Assembly: GCA_965250285.1 (NCBI GenBank)
Contig: OZ252299.1
Span: 512,001 to 576,000 of the forward strand
Direction: 5' to 3'
DNA length: 64,000 bases
DNA from: Myxococcota bacterium
Lineage (GTDB): Bacteria > Myxococcota_A > UBA9160 > UBA4427
Shown here: positions 60,583-64,000 of the stretch, piece after piece
Layout of the letters: every line of letters starts with the position of its first letter
Numbering within the stretch: the first letter of the stretch is position 1
The notes under the pieces: model-generated
What the model was told of the DNA's origin: nothing
Seen by the model: only the letters and a program-made list of their open reading frames with translations
Database searches by the model: none
Position numbers and translations under genes: made by a program

Positions 60583-61617
60583 CTAGTCGGGTCGTGCGCG
60601 CCGGGCGCGGGCGTAGGCCTCGCGCGCGCCGACCGGGTCGTCCTCTTCGTTCAGCGTCTTGCCGAGGCCCACGAGGGCATCGGGGTGTTCCGGCTCGATC
60701 TCGAGTACGCGCTCGAAGTACGCGCGGGCTTCGCGCGTGCGATCGCGCTGCATCTGGATCTCGCCTGCGGTGACGAGGAGATCGAGGTCGGGGGTCGGCG
60801 CGTAGAGCTGCTCCGATGCCTCGCGGGCCACGGTGCGCCAGGCGCCCTCGGCGTCGCCGCGCATCGCGAGCAGCCGCGCCTTCTCGAGGTCGGATACGTC
60901 GGGTGACTCGGCGGCGTCGGCGATGCGTTCGCGCATCAGGTCGACGGTCGGACCGCTCTCGCCTTCGAGCTCGGTCCAGGCGCGGGCGACTTCGCCCGAA
61001 TCCATCAGCTCGAGGCCTCGGCTGCGGAGCGAGAGCTCGTCGAGGGTGACGCTCTGCTGATCGGCCCGGTGTCGCTTGGGTCGATCGAGCACCGGGAGCA
61101 GGCTGTCGAGGGCGGCGTTGGCGGCGAGCGCCACCTTGTTCGCCGCCGCCGCCGCGCGACCCGAGCCGAGCAGTCGGCCATCGGTCACGCGGTGCGTGCG
61201 GAGCAGGATCTCGATGCGCCCCTTGTCGAAGCGCAGGTCGGTCACGACGGCGAGGTCGCCGCCCGAGAGCTGGGCGGCGGCGAGCAGGTCGCGGGTGCTG
61301 ACGGGCTTGCCGCGAGCGGCGCGTCGCAGCTTGTCGGTCTCGATGCGTGCGGCCGCGCCGTCGGCGACGTCGGCGCCCGAGGCGCGCAGCTGCTCTTCGA
61401 TCCAATCGACGAGGCCCGGTGCGAGGGGCGAGAGGTTCGATGCGGTCGAACCCTGGACGACGGCGATCCGCTCGGGCCCCGAGGCGGGATCCGCGGCGAG
61501 CGCGGGCGCAGCGGCCATCAGCAAGAGGCCGAGGGCCAAGACGAATGCGGAAGCCACGGTTCGACGCACGGGCACGGTCCTTCCTCGAGGGCAGAACGAA
61601 GGCAGATCGCTTGTCAC
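60583..61617 (-). CDS. Signal peptide plus TPR-containing N-terminal part of the same kinase gene, ending at an in-frame TAG
   Basis: Same frame as the downstream ORF; one TAG at 60583-60585 then 20 sense codons to the ATG at 60522. Confidence 0.75.
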   Translation of the reverse strand: MTSDLPSFCPRGRTVPVRRTVASAFVLALGLLLMAAAPALAADPASGPERIAVVQGSTASNLSPLAPGLVDWIEEQLRASGADVADGAAARIETDKLRRAARGKPVSTRDLLAAAQLSGGDLAVVTDLRFDKGRIEILLRTHRVTDGRLLGSGRAAAAANKVALAANAALDSLLPVLDRPKRHRADQQSVTLDELSLRSRGLELMDSGEVARAWTELEGESGPTVDLMRERIADAAESPDVSDLEKARLLAMRGDAEGAWRTVAREASEQLYAPTPDLDLLVTAGEIQMQRDRTREARAYFERVLEIEPEHPDALVGLGKTLNEEDDPVGAREAYARARRARPD

Positions 61618-61875
61618 ATCGGGAAGGCGCCGGAATGGGTTGAGCGTTTCACCGGAAGACGGCGCGAATTTCCCCCGCAGCTTCGCGGCAGCGCGGTTCG
61701 CTCTGCCGGTGCGCGCGCGTGTCGGGGCGAAATCCCGCCAGCTGCCGCTTCGGTATCGTCTGCGCGCTCGCGCGCACGTCGCCGCCGCACGCCCGGGAGA
61801 CCGCGCATTCCGCCGTCATCGAAGCCGTCCAACGCCACCGACACGCCCGACCGCGACGGCGCCGCCGGTCGGCGC

Positions 61876-62787
61876 GTGCTCGAGGACGGTCGCGATCGCG
61901 TCGGCCAGACGGGCGTGATCGTCGGTCACTACGGGATCGCGGTCGATCTGCGGCTCGACGTGACCGACGAGTGCATCACGGTCCGAGTGCATCGCGACTC
62001 GGGGCACGTCGTCGGCCAGCAGGTCGAGATCGAGGCCGGGGGACTCCGCGCGCGGCCGAGCCGAAGCGTGCTTCGGCGGCGCGACACCCGCGGCCGCCTG
62101 CGCGCGGTCGCCGCCGATCTCGATCGGCTCGGTATCGTCGTCGCCCCCCGGCCTGCCACACCGCTGGGCTTCATCGACCGCGCCTGCGTCGGGGCGTCGG
62201 CGGCCGACATCGAGCCGGTGCTCATCGTCAACAAGGCCGATGCACCCGGCGCGGACGAGACGCTCGCAGCGATGCAGCGCACGTACGGCGACGCGCTCGA
62301 GATCGTTCGGGCGAGCGCGCTCACCGGCGACGGACTCGATGACGTCGCCGCGCTCTTTCAGCCCGATCGCCGGGGCGCGTTCGTGGGAACGAGTGGCGTC
62401 GGCAAATCGTCGCTCGCCAATGCGTTGTGTCCCGCGCTCGAGCTCGACGTCGGCGAGATCAACGAGCAGAGCGGACTCGGTCGCCACGTCACGACGAACG
62501 CGACGCTGCACAGGCTGCCCGGTGGTGGCGAGCTCGTCGACACGCCGGGCTTTCGCGACTTCGGACCGGTCGAGGTCAGCGCGCTCGAGCTGAGCCAGGG
62601 CTTCCTCGGCTTTCGACGCTGGCTCGCCGAGGGCTGCCGTTTTCGAGACTGTCGACACCGCACCGAGCCCGGCTGTCCGGTGCTCGCGGCGCTGGCGTCG
62701 GGCGAACTCGATGCCGAGCGCTACCGCGTCTACGTCTCGCTGCTCGATGAGATCGAGGCGGGCGAGCGGCCGGGACACGCGCGCTGA
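61876..62787 (+). CDS. rsgA: Ribosome small subunit-dependent GTPase A (start approximate)
   Basis: NKAD, GTSGVGKSSL, GRHVTT, DTPG, CRFRDCRHRTEPGC. Confidence 0.9.
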   Translation: MLEDGRDRVGQTGVIVGHYGIAVDLRLDVTDECITVRVHRDSGHVVGQQVEIEAGGLRARPSRSVLRRRDTRGRLRAVAADLDRLGIVVAPRPATPLGFIDRACVGASAADIEPVLIVNKADAPGADETLAAMQRTYGDALEIVRASALTGDGLDDVAALFQPDRRGAFVGTSGVGKSSLANALCPALELDVGEINEQSGLGRHVTTNATLHRLPGGGELVDTPGFRDFGPVEVSALELSQGFLGFRRWLAEGCRFRDCRHRTEPGCPVLAALASGELDAERYRVYVSLLDEIEAGERPGHAR

Positions 62788-62806
62788 TCCGCCGGACCCG
62801 CGGCGT

Positions 62807-63667
62807 TCAGGTCCCTTCGTGATCCCGGACCTCTGGCCCTTCGAGACTGACGCGCCCGATCTTGCCAGTCTGCAGCTCTCGCAGCGCGACATCGGCAGCC
62901 CGGTCGAGGTCGACGGCGCCGCCCTTGCCGAGCAGTCCGCGCCGCCGGCCGACCCACTCGACCAGGGCGCGGCCCCCTTCGGGCAGGTCATCCGACTTGA
63001 AGCGGGCCCGCAGCAGGTCGGGGTAGCGCTCGGCGAGCAGCTCGAGCGCGAACTGCGCGACGTCGATCGGATCGAAGGCCGTCTCGCGAATCGCGCCCGA
63101 GGCGGCGAGCTTGTACGCGCCCGCCTGGTCTTCGAGCTTCGGCCAGAGCACGCCCGGCGTGTCGGACACGCTGATGCCGGCGTCGACGTTGAACTTCTGC
63201 TGGCCCCGGGTGACGGCGGGCTTGTCGCCGACCTTCGCCGAGCGGCGACCGATCAGACCGTTGATCAGGGTCGACTTGCCGGCGTTGGGGATGCCGACCA
63301 CGATGCAGCGCACCGTCTTGCCGGGTGCCGTGCGATGCGGGGCGAGCTTGCGGCAGAGCGCTGGGATCTTCTTGAGGTCGGCGGGCTTCGTGCCCTCGAA
63401 CGGCAGGACGCGCAGCCCCTCTTCGTCGCGAAACGCCTCGACCCATGCGCGCGTCACGTCGGGATCGGCGAGGTCGGCCTTGTTCAGCAGTCGCAGGCAG
63501 GGCCGCTCGCCGCGCAGCTTCGCGAGCAGCGGGTTTCGGCTCGACCACGGCAGCCGCGCATCGAGCACCTCGATCACGACATCGGTCTGACGCATGGCCT
63601 CGGCGAGCTCGCGCCGGGCCTTGTTCATGTGTCCCGGGAACCAGTTGATCTTGGGATGGTCGGCCAT
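62807..63667 (-). CDS. rbgA: Ribosome biogenesis GTPase YlqF/RbgA
   Basis: INWFPGHM, DAR.P.SSRNP, NKADL, GIPNAGKST, DTPGVLWP. Confidence 0.93.
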   Translation of the reverse strand: MADHPKINWFPGHMNKARRELAEAMRQTDVVIEVLDARLPWSSRNPLLAKLRGERPCLRLLNKADLADPDVTRAWVEAFRDEEGLRVLPFEGTKPADLKKIPALCRKLAPHRTAPGKTVRCIVVGIPNAGKSTLINGLIGRRSAKVGDKPAVTRGQQKFNVDAGISVSDTPGVLWPKLEDQAGAYKLAASGAIRETAFDPIDVAQFALELLAERYPDLLRARFKSDDLPEGGRALVEWVGRRRGLLGKGGAVDLDRAADVALRELQTGKIGRVSLEGPEVRDHEGT

Positions 63668-63757
63668 CGGGGTCGCTTTACGGGGAGGGCGCGCCGAGCA
63701 TAGCGGGCGTGCTCGAATCGGCGGTACCTTGAGGGTCGAACGGGGGGTTCCGAGCAC

Positions 63758-64000
63758 ATGAGCGGTTCGATTCGAGACGTATTGGAGCGGCCGGAGGCCG
63801 GGGGTGAGGTCACGATCCGCGGTTGGTTGCGCACCGTGCGCCACTCGAAGAACGTCTCGTTCCTCGACGTGAACGACGGATCGTGTCTGTCGGGTGTCCA
63901 GGCGGTCGCGGGCGAGGCGTGCGCCGGCTATCCCGACGACGTGCGCGCACTGGGCACCGGCTGCGCCGTCGAGGTGATCGGCGAGCTCGTCGACTCGCCC
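63758..64000 (+). CDS. asnS: Asparagine--tRNA ligase, 5' fragment
   Basis: Manual translation: VTIRGWLRTVRHSKNVSFLDVNDGSCLSGVQAV...GCAVEVIGELVDSP. Confidence 0.88.
   Translation, partial: MSGSIRDVLERPEAGGEVTIRGWLRTVRHSKNVSFLDVNDGSCLSGVQAVAGEACAGYPDDVRALGTGCAVEVIGELVDSP

Noticed and set aside
60583..60585. Genome-wide TAG reassignment
   Set aside because: TAG terminates other genes here at plausible ends (truncated hemoglobin, grxD fusion, bolA, menG, menE)

Overview
GC-rich (roughly 70% by eye) bacterial chromosomal window, mostly housekeeping genes. Gene content is consistent with a Myxococcota/deltaproteobacteria-like organism, but this is inference. In order: partial dusB, a secreted repeat protein, parE-parC, GST, a TraB/GumN-alkaline-phosphatase-superfamily fusion whose last 37 bp are tandemly repeated, a di-heme c-type cytochrome plus PhoX-like pair, truncated hemoglobin, a membrane glycosyltransferase-like gene, bolA and a Grx4-ATC-rhodanese fusion, prc, an LLM oxidoreductase, class I fumarase, TrmH, a GATase, a MerR-led menaquinone operon (menG-F-D-H-A-C-E, no menB), several metabolic genes, metY and a metX-metW fusion, a hybrid two-component system, bfd-bfr with a Fur-like box, recC-recB-recD, a large TPR Ser/Thr kinase gene interrupted by one in-frame TAG, rsgA, rbgA and partial asnS. 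No rRNA, tRNA, CRISPR, transposase, integrase or phage genes were recognised. Best leads: the cytochrome/atypical PhoX module, the array of alternative gene 3' ends, the amber-interrupted receptor kinase, and the MerR-controlled men operon. All calls come from motif reading; no searches were run.
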